This document shows positions 24,050-37,431 of a DNA stretch of 64,000 nt, in pieces. The position numbers were made by a program, and so were the translations under genes. The DNA is taken from positions 16,495,100 through 16,559,099 of the forward strand of contig NC_068991.1 in assembly GCF_001194135.2 (NCBI RefSeq). Direction: 5' to 3'. Positions within the stretch are counted from its first letter, which is position 1. The number at the start of each line of letters is the position of its first letter. Under the pieces are notes generated by a model. The model did not search any database. It was not told where the DNA came from and worked only from the letters and a program-made list of their open reading frames with translations. Source of the stretch: Octopus bimaculoides. Taxonomy: Eukaryota.

Positions 24050-24250
24050 ACAACACCCATGACTTTCAGAAACGTTTTTTCATGCTCCAAATTGCTGAAG
24101 CATGGAATAAACTACCCACATCAGTATAGTTGGCTGTTGCACCACTATATCACTCAAAACTTCCGTGTTTCCTGAAATTTGCCAACAGTACACCTGATGA
24201 CTTATTCACTGTCCACTTCCTGTGCATTATTCTATAAACTGCTCATACAC
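24050..24250 (+). mobile_element. CR1/L2-like LINE 3' end
   Basis: THDFQKRFF.L.IAEAWNKLPTSV resembles the FFS.RVV..WN.LP terminus of CR1/L2-clade ORF2. Confidence 0.6.
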
Positions 24251-24899
24251 TTTGGGATATTTTTTTCTGATGAGTTGTAGTACACCTGAGCTTTTAAACA
24301 TTGAATGGCTATTGGGGTCCACCAGAATAAAATAGTAATCAAAGGGATCCATAGGTAAAAAAATAGCTGAGAACCATCAGTCATCAATCATCTGAAAACG
24401 GTTGAGAACCACGCAAGTCATCAGTCATCCTTCAAGGATGAACTAATGGCTCTCAGTGTCCTCACAGACAAACATGGTGCTGGGATAAAATACAAGTAAA
24501 ATGAATAATTAATTCAGACCCCAAAAAGAAAAAAAAAACACACAACAAAATTTATCTGCAAACATTTTCTTTTCGTTTTTTTTTTTCAATTAATTTTTTT
24601 TATTTATTTCGAACCATGTATATATATAATATTTTTAAAAAAAAACTTTTTGTTGAAGTTTTGATCTTTTTTTTCTTTTAATTATATTTCTGTTTGTTAT
24701 TTTTTCCATTTTTATTTTTTTTTTGTTTGTAGTAAAGGACCTGGAAGGAAACACTGTTATATAATTATTATTATTAAAACATGATATCAAGTAAAAAAAA
24801 CAAAACAAAAAAAAAACAACAAAAAATCCCAACAAACAATCGATTGATTAATTGATCAATCAATCAGTCAGACAAACAGACATAATGAACACAAGACTT

Positions 24900-25794
24900 G
24901 GAAAATAGTTGCTTAAATAAAGCCATAATATTGATATCATTACTTCGGATAAAAGGCAAAGTCAACACTGGTGAGATTCAACTCAGAATAGTGCAGAAAA
25001 TAACAACAACAACAACAATAGTAATAATAATAATACTATAGGCACAAGGCCTGAAATTTTGGGGGAAGGGGCTGGTCAATTATATTGACCCCAGTGAGTA
25101 ACTGGTACTTAATTTATCGACCCTAAAAGGATGAAAGGCAAAATCGACCTCGGCAGAATTTGAACTCAAAACCTAGTGATGGGTGAACTTACCACTAAGC
25201 ATTTCATCCAGCGTACTAACAATCCTGCCAGCTTGTCACCTTAATAATAATAATAATAATAATAATGATAATAATAATAATAATAGTAGTAGTAGTAATT
25301 GTTTCTAATTTAAGCACAAGTCCAACCATTTTGTTAAATTGAATTTAATTTGTACTCAATACTCGACTGGTACTTTATTTTTCTCAACTCCAGAGGGAAG
25401 AAAAGGCAAAGTCGATCTAGGTGGGATTGAAACATAGAATGTAAGGAGAATGTAAAGGCATTTTTTTCTTTCAATGCTCTAATGATTCGGCCAATCCATT
25501 GCTCTTACTACTACTACTACTAATAATAATAATAATGATGATAATCCGTTCTACTATAAGCACAAGGCTTGAAATTTGGGAAGAGGGGAGTTGTCAACTA
25601 CATCGATCCCAGTGTTTCACTGGTACTTAACTTATTGACCCTGAAAGGATGAAAGGCAAAGTCGACCTTGGCGGAATTTGAACTCAGAACGTAAAGATGG
25701 ACGAAATGCTGCTAATCATTTTGCTCAGCACTCTAATGATTCTGCCAGCTCACTGCTTTAAAGAACAACAACAACAAAAATAATAATAATAATG

Positions 25795-25837
<43 letters not shown>

Positions 25838-26620
25838 TGACGATAATCCTTTCTACTATAGGCACAAGACCTGAAATTTGCAGGTAGGGGACTAGTCAAT
25901 TACATCGACCCCAGTGTATCACTGGTACTTAATTTAACAATCCCGAAAGCATGAAAGGCAAAGTCGACCTTGGCGGAATTTGAACTCAGAACGTATTTTG
26001 TCCAACGTGCTAATGAATAATATTAATTAATAATAATGATAATAATTCTTACTAATTTTTGGCACAAGGCCAGAAACTTTGAAGGGAAGAAGTTAGTCAA
26101 TGCCATCAGCTCTAGTTTTTGACATGTACTTCATTTCATCAACCCCAGAGGAATGTAAAGCAAAGTTTGCTTCAGTAGGATTTGAACTCAGTATGTAAAA
26201 AAAAAAATCAGAATAAATACCATACTACATTTTGTTTGACACACCAACTATTCTGCAGATTCACATCTAATGATTTCTAATAAATATTTGTTTTTTTTTG
26301 TTTTGATTTTGGCATAGAAACAAAATTTTGAGAGGAGGGTGTTATTTGATACCGTTGACNNNNNNNNNNNNNNNNNNNNNNNNNNNNNNNNNNNNNNNNN
26401 NNNNNNNNNNNNNNNNNNNNNNNNNNNNNNNNNNNNNNNNNNNNNNNNNNNNNNNNNNNNNNNNNNNNNNNATGACTGGTACTTTATTTTATTGGCTCCT
26501 AAGGGATGGAAGGCAAAGTTGACTTTGGGTTTGATTTGACCTCAGTACATACAAAAATTGGAATAAATGCCCCAGGGTATTTTGTCTGATGTTCTATTGA
26601 TTTTGCCAATCCACTACTCT
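24900..26620 (-). mobile_element. Tandem array of about 7 same-orientation SINE family D copies separated by (AAT)n
   Basis: Repeated GGCACAAGGCCTGAAATTT..TCGACCCCAG..GGTACTT..GGATGAAAGGCAAAGTCGACC..ATTTGAACTCAG units. Confidence 0.85.
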
Positions 26621-26654
26621 AATGACTTCAGATAATAATAATAATAATAATAAT

Positions 26655-26850
26655 AATATGAGATAACTTGACTGGACTGTGGAAAATGAAGAAGGTGAAG
26701 ATAAGTGCCAATTATTGTTGGGTCCTTGGTGACAGTATCAGAAGGCATCAAGAGGAATATAAAGGAAATTGGAATAGAGTGTCCAGCAGAACTGTTACAA
26801 GTTTTACCTCCTTAGCATGGCCAGAATCCTCAGGGAAGTTTTACAAATAG
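26655..26850 (+). mobile_element. Non-LTR retrotransposon with restriction-like endonuclease (R4/Dong/NeSL-like), C-terminal remnant
   Basis: Frameshifted LWKMKKVKI.PIIVGSLG.V...IKRNIKEIGIE...ELLQ...L..ARILR.VL. Confidence 0.6.
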
Positions 26851-27169
26851 CATGGGTACCATAGGTTGCAGATAAGAAGCTCATTATGCATGCAAGGCTC
26901 CAGGAGTTCCAACAAAACCCGAATTAACAAAAATAATAATAATAATAGTAATAATAATGGTTTCTAATTTTGGCACAAGGCCAGCAATTGTGGAGGCAGG
27001 TGCAAGTCAATTATATCAACCCCAGTGCTCAACTGGTACTTATTTTATCAACCCCCAAAAGGATGAAATGCTGCTAGGAATTTTGCCCGGCATGCGGACT
27101 ATTCTGCCAGCTCACCACCTTCATGATGATGATGATGATGATGATGATGATGGTGGTAATAATGATAAT

Positions 27170-27425
27170 AATTTGATACAAGAGTAGACAAACAACATGA
27201 GAAAAGACAAAAATAGCAGAACTTAAGATACAAACTTCAGAGAATCCTTAAATGTAGTGAAGTTGTTACTATCCCAGTTGTAATATAGGCCCCAGGCACA
27301 TAGTTGTAAGAAATTTAAACGGTTGGTTAAAGACATTGGATGTTGGGCTGAATTTCCTGACATGACAGAAAACCTGTTTGTTTGGCATAGCAAGAACCAT
27401 AAGAAAGAGACTAGATACATAATGT
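27170..27425 (+). mobile_element. Second REL-type LINE C-terminal remnant
   Basis: Degenerate KRQK..NLRY.LQRILKCSEVVTIPVVIG..G.V..NL..WLK.L...Q KTCLFGIARTIRKRLDT. Confidence 0.55.
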
Positions 27426-28844
27426 TGTAGACTGTGGCTTGGTATCTGGATATCTAGCAATCCAATACCAGCAGAACAAGAAAATGCTGCATGACTGATG
27501 TTAACCAAGAGAGTGTAGATTTAAAGTGAAGTGACAGGAAAACGGTATGAACATGAGCCAGAGGCAGTCATCATCATCATCATCATTGTTTAACATCTGC
27601 TTTCCATGCTAGCATGGGTTGGACGATTTGACTGAGGACTGGCAAGCCAGAAGGCTGCACCAGGCTCCAGTCTGATCTGGCAGAGTTTCTACAGCTGGAT
27701 GCCCTTCCCAATGCCAACCACTCTGAGAGTGTAGTGGGTGCTTTTACGTGCCACTGGCACGAGGGCCAGTCACATGGTACTGGCAACGGCCACGCTCAAA
27801 AATGGTGTTTTTTACGTGCCACCTGCACAGGAGCCAGTCCAGCGGCACAGCAAAATGCAAGTTTAATAGACCAGTAGAAAAGGAATTATGAACAGCAATG
27901 GAAATCTGTTGCCCATCAGATGTTAATATTATGTTAAAGATGAGTGAAAAAGAAAACATTCTGAAGTAATGAGAAATGTGCAGTTACTCCAATCAGACTG
28001 TAGCTTTAAGCTTTTTGCATTTAAGCCAGCCATATCCAGTCCAAATATTTCACCTATTTTATGTTCAAACTGGCCAGATCTGGCTTCTTATACCTATCCT
28101 GCAATGTTATCCTAAAAATAGACAATCATATCACCAAAATCTCAAAGCTATAATGCATGATTAATACAAAACAATGTGAATAGATAAAACATCACATTCG
28201 ACAGAGTAATCTGAATGCTAAAGGGTTAAATTCATACTTACTGTGTATGTCAGTGTATAAGATACACTTTTTATTCTTGAATGTAGCAAAAAAATTGCCA
28301 TGCATCAAATGCAACTGTATTATAGATGGGATACCAAGTGAATGAGTGTTATTTCTTTACTACCCACAGAGGAGACAAACAAGGACAGACAAATGGATTA
28401 AGTCGATTATATCGGCCTCAGTGTGTAATTGGTACTTATTTAATCGACCCGGAAAGGATGAAAGCAAAGTCGACCTCGGCCGAATTTGAACTCAGAACAT
28501 AGCGGCAGACGAAATACCGCTAAGCATTTTTTGAATGAGTGTATGATGAAACATATCAAATCTGTTTTTTCCACAAAATATAATAGGGGTTTGTCCCAGA
28601 TAAGAGTGTATTCTATACATCAGAAAATACAGTATCAGAGCACTTGAATGCATAATTAACTGCCTCAGCAACAATTTTGTGAAGATGGGCATTACAAAAC
28701 CAGAAATAACATAGCCAGTTATAAAATTATAGCTACAAGTCATTGGAGACACTGTGTAAATATGTAAAACATTCAAGACATTTAGAATGTAATAGGTGCA
28801 TATACACACATGTAAACATGTGTGTATATTCTACCATCTGAATG

Positions 28845-29040
28845 ATAGATGGTAGAATAATCATAACAACATGGTAATTTTACAATAGAAAATAGCTATG
28901 ACAACAGAGTAAATTTAATGTAGAAAATAAACTATGGCAACAGGGTAATTTCATAGTAGAAAATAGTTATGACAACAGGGTAGAATAGCTTTGACAATAG
29001 GGTAATTTCACTGTAGAAAATAGCTATGACAATCCATGAC
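28845..29040 (+). repeat. Short block of the 35-bp minisatellite
   Basis: Same unit as 30700-32275. Confidence 0.85.
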
Positions 29041-30016
29041 TGCACACATGTATACAAGTACACATACATACATGTTTATATATATATGCATATGTACAGG
29101 CACAGATGTGGTCGTGTAGTAAGAAGCTTGCTTCCCAACCACATGGTTCCAGGTTCAGTCCTACTGCATGGTACCTTGAGGAAGTTTCTTCTACTATAAC
29201 CTCAGGCTGACCAAAGCCTTGTGAATGGATTTGGTAGATGGAAACTGAAAGAAACCCATCATATATATATGTATATGTGTATGTGTAAATATGTATCTAT
29301 GTGTGTGTCTTTGTGTCTGTTTTTGTCCCCCATGTTCCTGTAACTTAACGGTTCAGCAAAAAAGACCAATAGAATAATTACCAAGATTAAAAATACAAAT
29401 AAGGTAGTGGGGTTGATTCATTTGGTTAAAATCCTTCAAAGCAGTGCCCCAGTATGGCTAGAGTCTAATGACTGAAACAAGTAAAAGATAAAAGATAAAA
29501 AATATGTGTATGCATAAATACATGACCACCGGACTAAATTGACTAAATTCCAAAGAAAGAGTCTTGTTTTGAATTTCAAACCAGCGTTTTTTTCTATTAG
29601 GGAAAAATTATTTGCAAACTAAAACCAGAGCACATAGTATGAGCTTCCACACAGTATCCATTTACCAGATTTCACTCATAAGGTATCAGTTAACCTAAAG
29701 GTTTGATGAAAAAAGAAAAAATAATAAAATCTTATAGATTTGTAGAATAGGATTGAATCAGGTACCACAAGGTTGAAAACCAAACTTCTTAACCATTCAG
29801 CCATGCCTTTGCCTTTCATTCTTCCAATGGTTGATTGATAAAATAAGTACCAGTGATATACTGAGGTCTGTTTATTCAACTGAATACATTCCCCTTTAAA
29901 ATTTCTATCCATGTGTTCAAACATTAAAAGTTAATATTAAAAGCAGATGGGTCAATAAAATAAGTACCAGTTGAATATTGGGGTCAATGTAACCAACTTA
30001 CCTCTCCCTTAAAATT

Positions 30017-30258
30017 AGGTAAATTTTCAGATTAACACCCGCACGATTTTCACTAGGGTGTTAGGGTTAGGGTTTTAGAGTCAGGGTTAGGGTTTTAGGA
30101 TTAGGGTTAGGGTTTAGGGTTACGGTTAGGGTTAGGGACGGAATTCCCTAACCCTAACCCTAAAACCCTAACCGTAACTGTAACCCTAACCATGACTCTA
30201 AACCCTAACCCTAACACCTTAGTGAAAATCGTGCGGGTGTTAATCTGAAAATTTACCT
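30017..30258. mobile_element. MITE carrying inverted telomeric repeats, inserted into a SINE
   Basis: ~40 bp TIRs AGGTAAATTTTCAGATTAACACCCGCACGATTTTCACTA / TAGTGAAAATCGTGCGGGTGTTAATCTGAAAATTTACCT. Interior is (TTAGGG)n then (CCCTAA)n. AAATT is duplicated at 30012-30016 and 30259-30263. Confidence 0.88.
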
Positions 30259-30699
30259 AAATTGCTGGTCATGCACCAAAATTTGAAACTAATATTAAAA
30301 GAGGACAGTAGATCAATGGAGAATTAGACAAACATGCTTTCAGCACTTAATTGCGATCTTTTACATTCACAGTTTGATTCCAACCAGAGTCAACTTTACC
30401 TTTCATTCTTCCATGAGGGTTAGTAAGCTACAAAAATAATCAAGTACTATTCTTTCCCCACAAAAACGTGTGGCCTTGTTCCTACGTCAGAAATCAATAT
30501 TAAAAGATTTTTTTTTTTAAATGCCAACAGTAACAACTGCAACAACAAACAAAATGACAATGATACCGTTGTATAAAATGTTATGTAGAAATTGTAAAAA
30601 TTCATATGAGCAAGAGTATTGTGACAGAAGTGAGCACAGAAAATATGAAAATAATAATTGAAACAAGCCTCAGAAAAGAGCCATAGCAAAAAGCATCAT

Positions 30700-32275
30700 T
30701 TTACCATTGAAAATAGTTAATAATAAAGTGTAGTTTTATAACTGAAAAACAGTCAAGACTAATGTGTAATTGTATCATTGAAAACAGCCATGATCAAAGT
30801 GTAGTTTTAACAGTGGAGTAGTCAAACAGAGTCGTCTAACTACGTAAAATATATCCATGAATACAGGGTAGTTTTATTACAGAAAAATATCCATGAGTAT
30901 AGGGTAGATTTTAACAAATATATAGCCATGACAACAGAGTAGTTTTGCAGCAAAATGCAACCATAATGACTTGTCGATTTTTTTTTTGTTTTTGTCAGGG
31001 AAAAATAGCTGTGATGAAAGGAGTAGTTTTAAAGTAGAAAATGGTTATAACAACTGTAATTCTACAGTAGAAAATAGCTATGACAATTTTAGTTTTACTG
31101 TAGAAAACAGTTATAACAACAGGGTAGATTTACAGTAGAAAACAACTGTGACAACAGGGTAATTTTACAGTAGAAAATAACTACGACAAGAGGGTAGTTT
31201 TACAGTAGAAAGTAACTATGACAGCAGTAGAATAATCATAGCAACAGGGTAATTTTACAACAGAAAACAGCTATGACAACAGGGTAGATTCACTGTAGAA
31301 AATAAACTATGACAATGGTAATTTTACAGTAGAAAATAGTTATAACAAGGCAGAATAGCTATGACAACTGGGTAGAGTCACAGAAGAAAATAGCTATGAC
31401 AACAGGGTAGTTTTACAGTAGAAAATAGCTATAACAGATGGTAGAATAATCATGACTGGGTAATTTTACAGTAGAGCATAGCTATGACATCAGGGTAGAT
31501 TTACTGCAGAAAATAAACTATGACAACAGGGTAGTTTCACAGTAGAAAATAGCTATGTCAACAGGGTAGTTTCACAGTAGAAAATAGCTATAACAGATGG
31601 TAGAATAATCATAACAGGGTAATTTTACAGTAGAGCATAGCTATGACATCAGGGTAGATTTACTGCAGAAAATAAACTATGACAACAGGGTAGTTTCACG
31701 GTAAAAAATAGCTATGACAACAGGATAGAATAGGAATAGCTATGACAATAGTGTAATTTTACTGTAGAAAATAGCTATGACATCAGGGTAGATTTACTGC
31801 AGAAAATAAATTATGACAACAGGGTAGTTTCACAGTAGAAAATAGCTGTGACATCAGGGTAGATTTACAGTAGAAAATAGCTTTGACAGCAGGGTAAAAT
31901 AATTATAATAAAGTAATTTTACATTAGAAAATAGCAATTACAACAAGGTAATTGTACTGTAGAAAATAGTTATAACAGGGTAGAGTTACAGTAGAAAAGA
32001 GCTATGACAAGGTTCACAGTAGAAAATAGATATGACAATGTAATTTCACAGTAGAAAATATATACGACAGGGTAGAACAGCTATGACAACAGGATAATTT
32101 TACAGTTATGATAACAATAGAAAATAGCTATGACAACAAAGTAATTTCACAGTTATGATAACAGGATAAGGTTACAGTAGAAAATAGCTATGACAATAGG
32201 GTAGATTCACAGTAAAAAATAGCTATGACACTTTTGGTTTTACTGTAGAAAATAGCTGTAACAACAGGCAGATTT
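30700..32275 (+). repeat. 35-bp minisatellite array (ACAGTAGAAAATAGCTATGACAACAGGGTAATTTT)
   Basis: Dozens of variably degenerate units, most homogeneous at 31380-31900. Confidence 0.95.
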
Positions 32276-33594
32276 TACAAAAAAAAAATCTTTTTAATCT
32301 GTAGTGGTATGTAGTGACTACAGATGAAAATATTGTCGTATTAAGTTTTGACTTATTCATCCAAATTGGAAGCATTGAAGGTAATTTTTGCAATCATTAT
32401 TATTATTTTTATTACAGGCACAAGTTTGTTTGCTTTTTTTCTTTTATTTTACAATAATAAAAAAAAAATTTTTTCATAGTAAAACATTATGTTGGAAAAT
32501 TAAAAAAAAAAATATATAAATTAAAAAATTGGTTTATAAATCTCAAGGCTTTAAGAAGAATTGCAGTACCAAGGCATTCCACATTTTCAAACACAGCCTT
32601 GTATTTAGCATACAAGATAAAATACCCACAGAGTTCTTATCAATTTTTTAAAATTTTAATTTATTTATTGTTACATATTTCAGATGGACAGAAGATGCCC
32701 TGACAGAATGCCAAGAAAGTTCTTTGACTGACCACGTTCTTATAACAGGTACAAGATGAACCAACAAGGGAGAGAGAAAGAGAGAGGGGGGTATAATGTG
32801 GTCACACATCCTGCAAGAAACAGCAGCTACATCTCCTTCATACTATACCTTAACATCTCAAAATCAAAAGGACACATGGAATAAAGCAGTCCAGTATATA
32901 TTATGCTTAGGAAAAAAAATAAAATAAAAATGAAAAAAATCATCAAACTTGGTCGTGGCTGGAATACCTTTGACCATCGGTCTGCTTAATCAAAGCCAAC
33001 TTGGGGCTAATCAGAAAATCAGCTACATGACACACAACACTTATTTAATCTCTTCTTTTGTCTTTTTTGTTGTTGTTGGATACATTTTTACCAAATGATT
33101 AATTAAAAAAAAAAAACCATGAACTAATAAACTTGTTTAATTTGAACAAATCATTATTGTAAAAATATTTACAATTTTTTTTTTCTTTTTTCTTTTGTTG
33201 TTGTCCATTAGGAACAAGAAATAAGGCAATATAATTTCCATATAAAATATAAATAAAGAAAAAAATGGAAGCAAAGACAGATAAATAAATAAAAGAACAT
33301 TTAAAACAGTTGATGTATATTATATATAACATACATATGTATTTATATGTATGCATATACATATATATATACACAAACATGCATGTGTGTGTGATGTGCA
33401 TGTGTATGCATGTATATGTATTCATCTGTGCATTTATGTTTACATGAGTGAAACAAATATAAAATGATGATGATGGCGATTATACATACACACAGACACA
33501 CACATATACATACACATAATGTATATGTATGTGTATATATATAATGTATATATATATATGTGCGTGTGTATGTATACATATATATATATAAATA

Positions 33595-33685
<91 letters not shown>

Positions 33686-34251
33686 AATGTACACATACAT
33701 ATTTACACACATATATACACGTGTGTGTAAATGTGAGTGTGTGTATGTAAATGCGAACAAGATTGTTGAAAACTAAGTGTCTTGGTTATAGACACAGAAC
33801 AGTGAATTATACCATCCTGGGGTACATACCAACAGCTAGGTGAGATTTAGCTATAAAGTGTTAAGCATAGCAAGATATATATATATATTTTAATGTGGAT
33901 GATATCAATTGTGAGAGGCTGGCCTTGCATCAGGTAGAATGGTGCTGCTCTTTTGACTTGAGAAACAAATAAAGTTTAGGAAGAATATCCAGTCAAAAAT
34001 ATCTGTGGATAAAAGACCTTTGCTTCGCCCACCTCTGGCAAGCAACAATTTATGTAATCGAAAAATCCATTATTAACAATAGTAAGCACCAATTTTAATT
34101 ACTTTGGCAATATATTTTAATATATTTGGCAATAAAATGGATGTTAAGCATTTATTGTTAAACTGAGATTGATGATTGATGATTGATGATGACTTTTCAT
34201 ATGAAAAGTCTTTTTTCAAAATCCTGCAAAAATACAAAAGCAAGTACACTG

Positions 34252-34298
<47 letters not shown>

Positions 34299-35045
34299 TA
34301 ATAATAATAAACCGAAATCCTTGACTGCAGTTAAAGGAAGGCTTGTAAAGAGAGAATCAAATCAGAGATATGGCATCAATGAATCCAAAATCTTAGTCTT
34401 CAGTAACATCACAGTAGTTTGAGGAAAACATTTATTTTCTCTGTTTTCCACATTCAATGGGAAAGAGAAAGAGAGGGAAAGGAGGAGAAAGAGAGGGAAA
34501 GGGGGAGAAAGAGAGTGAGTGAGTGAGAGAGATTATATCTCATATGGAGAATCAGTCACTCATGATGCAAAGTCACTTTAATTACAGACAGAACTTCCAG
34601 CCAATGAATGAATGATCAAGAAAGAATAAACAGACATTAGGAATGTAACAGATAGGAATCCAAAGACCAAGTCATTAATAACATGAGTGAGAGCAAATAA
34701 CAAATTATCTGACACACACACAGCTAATAAGTACCAACAATAAGTTTAGCACATTGTGGAAGAACGCATAATAACCATTTAAAACATACATACAACATCA
34801 TGTTTGACTTTGTTTAATTTCTTCTATGATATATTGTATGATATAAAGTGTTAAGAAATTTTGTTATACATTAGTGACCTGATCATTAACACAATTCCCC
34901 CCTTCTTATATCACTAAAAAAAGATTATACATGAGAAACTCTGTGTAATAAGAGTGAATTGCCAACATTTTAATGTGTGTGTGTGTCTATGTAGGTATGT
35001 ACACATGCACACATATATCTGTATGTATATATAATAATAATATTG

Positions 35046-35240
35046 GGGATAAAAATCCAAATTTACAGGTAAAAACTCAATTAAATTCAATTTATCAAAA
35101 ATTAAAATTAGATTAAGTTTCACAGTATGTAATATATAAATATATAATTTAGAGAAAAGAACCAAAGTTCATGTACTCACCAATGAAAATCCACAGTCAC
35201 ATATTTTGGTTCTTTTCTCTAAATTATATATTTATATTAT
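35046..35240. repeat. Dispersed AT-rich element with internal hairpin; second copy at 62314-62490
   Basis: GGGATAAAAATCCAAAT..ACAGG.AAAAACTCAATTAAATTCAATTT..TTTAG.GAAAAGAACCA...TGGTTCTTTTC.CTAAA in both copies. Confidence 0.75.
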
Positions 35241-35246
35241 TTATAT

Positions 35247-35287
<41 letters not shown>

Positions 35288-36383
35288 CAAATATTATATA
35301 TATATATATAAACATATATACGTATATTATTTATATGCAGCCAATATTTTTAAAGTGGTAGACAGAGATATGAGGGAGATATAGCAGCTATTTCTAGCAG
35401 GCTGATAAACTGTGTAGAGGTAGTTCCCAGCTTGAACTCTTATTGGTATTGTTGTTTAGCCCTGAGTAAATCCTGACAGAGGAGACTTATGATCAAAGGC
35501 TCTCCATCTTGTTTTTTTTTTTCTAGGCATAGTGTACCTCGGACTACATAATCAAAATGTGCCCTCCCTTACCATCTTAAGGGGGAAAAAATCAAAGACC
35601 AGCAAGGTATTTAGCTTGTGTTTCCATTACCTCTATGACTCAACAGCCAAACATTTATAATGATGATGATGATGATGGTTTAAAATTTTGGCACAAGGCC
35701 AGCAGTTTTGGGGAGAGGGTGAGTCAATTACATCGATCCCAGCACTCACTTATTTTATCGACCCCCAAAAGGGATGAAAGGCAGTCGCCCCTGCTGAAAT
35801 TTGAACTCAGAATGCAAGGACGGATGAAATGCTGCTAAGCATTTTGCCCGGCGTGTTAATGATTCAGCCAACTTGCCACCTTAATAATGATAATTATAAT
35901 AATTATTATTTTTATTGTTGTTGTTATTATTATTATTTATGCACATAGCTAGTAGTTTTGAGGGTAGGGGGTTAATGACTGGTATTTTATTTTATTGAAA
36001 TAAGGATGAAAGGAAAAGTTGACCGTAACAGGATTTGAACTCAGAACGTAACGTGTCAGAACAGATACTGTAGGAAATTTTTTTCTGGTGTTCTAATGAT
36101 TCTTGCAATCCACTGCCTCAGGATTTAAACTCAGAATATAAGGAACATTATTGAATTATCTCAACATAATTTGTTTCATGCTCTACTAATTCTACCATAT
36201 GTGAATATTATATGAATATAGGCGCAGACATGGCTGTGTGGTAAGAAGCTTGCTTCTCAACCACATGGTTCCAGGTTCAGTCCTACTGTGTGGCAACTTG
36301 GACAAGTGTCCTCTACTTTAGCCTTGGGCTGACCAAAGCCCTGTGAGTGGATATGGTAGATGGATACTGAAAGAAGCCTTTCA

Positions 36384-36425
<42 letters not shown>

Positions 36426-37213
36426 TGTGTGTGTGTCCCACCACCACCACTTTACAACTGGTATTAGTTATGTCCCCATAACTTGGTGGCTCAACAAAAG
36501 AGACTGATAGAATAAGTACCAGGCTTAAAAAAACGAGTACTGGGGTTGATCCATTTGACTAAAAGATTCTTCAAAACAGTGTCCCAGAAGGCTGCAGTCT
36601 AATGATTGAAATAAGAAAAGATAAAAAGTAAAAGATATAATTTATAATAAATGAATATATAATACAGGGTGTGGCCCAAAATAGCCCCTCCCATATTTTG
36701 CAAATTGACAGATATCTCAACAGCAAAAGGACATTGTGCATCACTGTACTACCAAAAAAAAAAAAAGACACTGTTACCACACTAACTGCATTAACATCCA
36801 CACCAATGGTCATGTAAAATATGGGTTGAATTTCTGTTGCATCCTGTACATAATAAATGATTGGATGAATGAATGGATAACTGAGATATGAGAGAAGAAT
36901 CAGTGGACATTTTATAATATATATATATAGTACACCCAAGTGACGACTGAGGCATAAGAACATTACATGTCCTTTCAAAGTGTCACATGACGTTATAAAG
37001 GTATCACATGACCCTTAGATTACATCACATTGATATATCAATAATTTACAGGTCTACATTCTCAGTGAGATAATGTATGTATATACATACCTACACACAC
37101 ACACACACACACACGAGCGTCATACTAATATATAATTTTGTTATTTACACCACCTGTCCTCGTCTGTTGTTATTTTTTGTATATTCTCCCATATATATAT
37201 ATATATATGTATG

Positions 37214-37431
37214 TATAAACAAAATTAAGGGATCAGCAAACAGGTTGCTTCACCACATACCGAAGTTCAGAAATAGCAGCTAAAAATGCTGAAACTCCAA
37301 CAGATAGCAGTTTGCCTATGTGAGTTGCGGGTAACTGCTATCTGTTGGAGTTTCAGCATTTTTAGCTGCTATTTCTGAACTTCGGTATGTGATGAAGCAA
37401 CCTGTTTGCTGATCCCTTAATTTTGTTTATA
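37214..37431. repeat. Near-perfect foldback (~97 bp arms)
   Basis: TATAAACAAAATTAAGGGATCAGC...GATAGCAGTT / AACTGCTATC...GCTGATCCCTTAATTTTGTTTATA. Confidence 0.9.

Noticed and set aside
30017-30258. Ancestral telomere-telomere chromosome fusion site
   Set aside because: It is short, bounded by non-telomeric TIRs and a TSD, and sits inside a SINE, so a transposon insertion is more parsimonious.
30700-32275. CRISPR-like array
   Set aside because: There are no unique spacers between the 35-bp units, the context is eukaryotic, and no cas genes are present.
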